From IMG/VR virus record IMGVR_UViG_2728369593_000005, positions 1 through 6,375 of that record: a DNA stretch of 6,375 bases; one strand, given 5' to 3'. Of this stretch, positions 4,899-6,375 are shown one piece after another; positions within the stretch are counted from its first letter, which is position 1; each line of letters starts with the position of its first letter. The notes beneath the pieces were generated by a model that was not told the DNA's origin, made no database searches, and saw only the letters and a program-made list of their open reading frames with translations. The DNA comes from a virus (lineage: Duplodnaviria > Heunggongvirae > Uroviricota > Caudoviricetes). The position numbers were made by a program, and so were the translations under genes.

Positions 4899-6146
4899 TT
4901 ATATTGCTGAAGGTACTGGCGTTTCCATCACTATTTGCTCACGTTTTTTACTCAGGAAGAAAATGCCAAATAGCAACATCAGGCAGACAATACCCGAAAT
5001 TGCGAAAAAAACCGTCTGGTAGCCTGCGTGGTCAAAGAGTATCCCAGTCGGCGTTGAAAGCAGCACAATCCCCAACGAACTGGCAATTTGAAAACCAATC
5101 AGAAAGATCGTCGACGACAGGCGCTTATCAAAATTTGCCACGCTGTATTTGAAGACGGATATGACACAAAGTGGAACCTCAATGGCATGTAACAGCTTCA
5201 CTAATGAAATAATCCAGGGGTTAACGAATAGCGCGCAGGAAAGGATACGCAACGCCATAATCACAACACCGATAAGTAATGCATTTTTTGGCCCTACCCG
5301 ATTCACAAAGAAAGGAATAATCGCCATGCACAGCGCTTCGAGTACCACCTGGAATGAGTTGAGATAACCATACAGGCGCGTTCCTACATCGTGTGATTCG
5401 AATAAACCTGCATAAAAGACAGGAAAGAGTTGTTGATCAAAAATGTTATAGAAAGACCACGTCCCCACAATAAATATGACGAAAACCCAGAAGTTTCGAT
5501 CCTTGAAAACTGCGATAAAATCCTCTTTTTTTACCCCTCCCGCATCCGCCGCTATGCACTGGTGATCCTTATCTTTAAAACGCATGTTGATCATCATAAA
5601 TACAGCGCCAAATAGCGAGACCAACCAGAAGTTGATATGGGGACTGATACTAAAAAATATACCGGCAAAGAACGCGCCAATAGCATAGCCAAAAGATCCC
5701 CAGGCGCGCGCTGTTCCATATTCGAAATGAAAATTTCGCGCCATTTTTTCGGTGAAGCTGTCAAGCAAACCGCATCCCGCCAGATACCCCAGGCCAAAAA
5801 AGAGCGCCCCCAGAATTAGACCTGCAGAAAAATTGCTTTGCAGTAACGGTTCATAAACGTAAATCATAAACGGTCCGGTCAAGACCAGAATGAAACTCAT
5901 ACACCAGATGAGCGGTTTCTTCAGACCGAGTTTATCCTGAACGATGCCGTAGAACATCATAAATAGAATGCTGGTAAACTGGTTGACCGAATAAAGTGTA
6001 CCTAATTCCGTCCCTGTTAATCCTAGATGTCCTTTCAGCCAAATAGCGTATAATGACCACCACAGCGACCAGGAAATAAAAAAGAGAAATGAGTAACTGG
6101 ATGCAAAACGATAGTACGCATTTCTGAATGGAATATTCAGTGCCAT
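4899..6146 (-). CDS. cscB: Sucrose:H+ symporter CscB (oligosaccharide:H+ symporter family within the MFS, LacY-like; 415 aa)
   Basis: 415-aa hydrophobic multi-pass ORF. The sequence (MALNIPFRNAYYRFASSYSFLFF...) matches my recollection of E. coli CscB and is clearly LacY-like. It lies immediately downstream of a fructokinase gene on the same strand, as in the csc locus. Confidence 0.9.
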   Translation of the reverse strand: MALNIPFRNAYYRFASSYSFLFFISWSLWWSLYAIWLKGHLGLTGTELGTLYSVNQFTSILFMMFYGIVQDKLGLKKPLIWCMSFILVLTGPFMIYVYEPLLQSNFSAGLILGALFFGLGYLAGCGLLDSFTEKMARNFHFEYGTARAWGSFGYAIGAFFAGIFFSISPHINFWLVSLFGAVFMMINMRFKDKDHQCIAADAGGVKKEDFIAVFKDRNFWVFVIFIVGTWSFYNIFDQQLFPVFYAGLFESHDVGTRLYGYLNSFQVVLEALCMAIIPFFVNRVGPKNALLIGVVIMALRILSCALFVNPWIISLVKLLHAIEVPLCVISVFKYSVANFDKRLSSTIFLIGFQIASSLGIVLLSTPTGILFDHAGYQTVFFAISGIVCLMLLFGIFFLSKKREQIVMETPVPSAI

Positions 6147-6207
6147 AATTACCTGCCTGTCGTTAAAAAATTCATGTCCTATTTAGAGATAAGAGCGGCC
6201 TCGCCGT

Positions 6208-6375
6208 TTACTTCTCACTTTCCAGTTCTTGTCGACATGGCAGCGCTGTCATTGCCCCTTTCGCTGTTACTGCAAGCGCTCCGCAACGTTGAGCGAGATC
6301 GATAATTCGTCGCATTTCTCTCTCATCTGTAGATAACCCCGTAGAGGACAGACCTGTGAGTAACCCCGTAATAAC
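6208..6375 (-). CDS. cscK: Fructokinase CscK, 3' end only (55 codons plus stop); remainder beyond window edge
   Basis: Reverse-complement frame is open from the window edge to TAA (complement of 6208-6210). It translates to ...DLAQRCGALAVTAKGAMTALPCRQELESEK*, a typical PfkB-family sugar-kinase C-terminus. Position directly upstream of cscB fits cscK. Confidence 0.75.
   Translation of the reverse strand, partial: VITGLLTGLSSTGLSTDEREMRRIIDLAQRCGALAVTAKGAMTALPCRQELESEK

Noticed and set aside
4904-5819. ORFs 4904..5152 (+), 5149..5367 (+), 5430..5615 (+), 5637..5819 (+) and 5594..5797 (-)
   Set aside because: All lie within, mostly antisense to, the 415-aa cscB permease gene, which has unmistakable transporter composition; they are shadow ORFs.
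1-6375. CRISPR arrays, rRNA genes, insertion-sequence terminal inverted repeats with transposase
   Set aside because: No regularly spaced direct repeats, no rRNA-like conserved blocks and no transposase-like ORF were seen. The only repeats are the short operator-like, hairpin and att-related ones reported.

Overview
This window reads as Escherichia coli (or a very close relative) and is a mosaic accessory region at a tRNA integration hotspot. Gene names below are recognised from memory of the translated ORFs, not from any search. Positions 1-4459 are the right arm of a KplE1/CPS-53-like cryptic prophage, with all genes on the + strand: a 3' gene fragment and terminator; a two-site operator and promoter region; a small ClpX-type zinc-finger gene broken by a frameshift in an A7 tract; two convergent overlapping small ORFs; a GC-rich, apparently non-coding structured element; then yfdP-yfdQ-yfdR-yfdS-yfdT and torI (excisionase). 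The prophage ends at an attR core carrying the last 15 nt of a tRNA (CTGCAGGGGACACCA, 4445-4459). After a ~440 bp non-coding junction, the sucrose-utilisation (csc) locus lies on the - strand: cscB complete and the 3' end of cscK. I found no rRNA, no complete tRNA and no CRISPR array. The most notable observations are the frameshifted ClpX zinc-finger gene, the structured GC-rich element, the split tRNA 3'-end fragments flanking torI, and the tightly coupled yfdP-T module.
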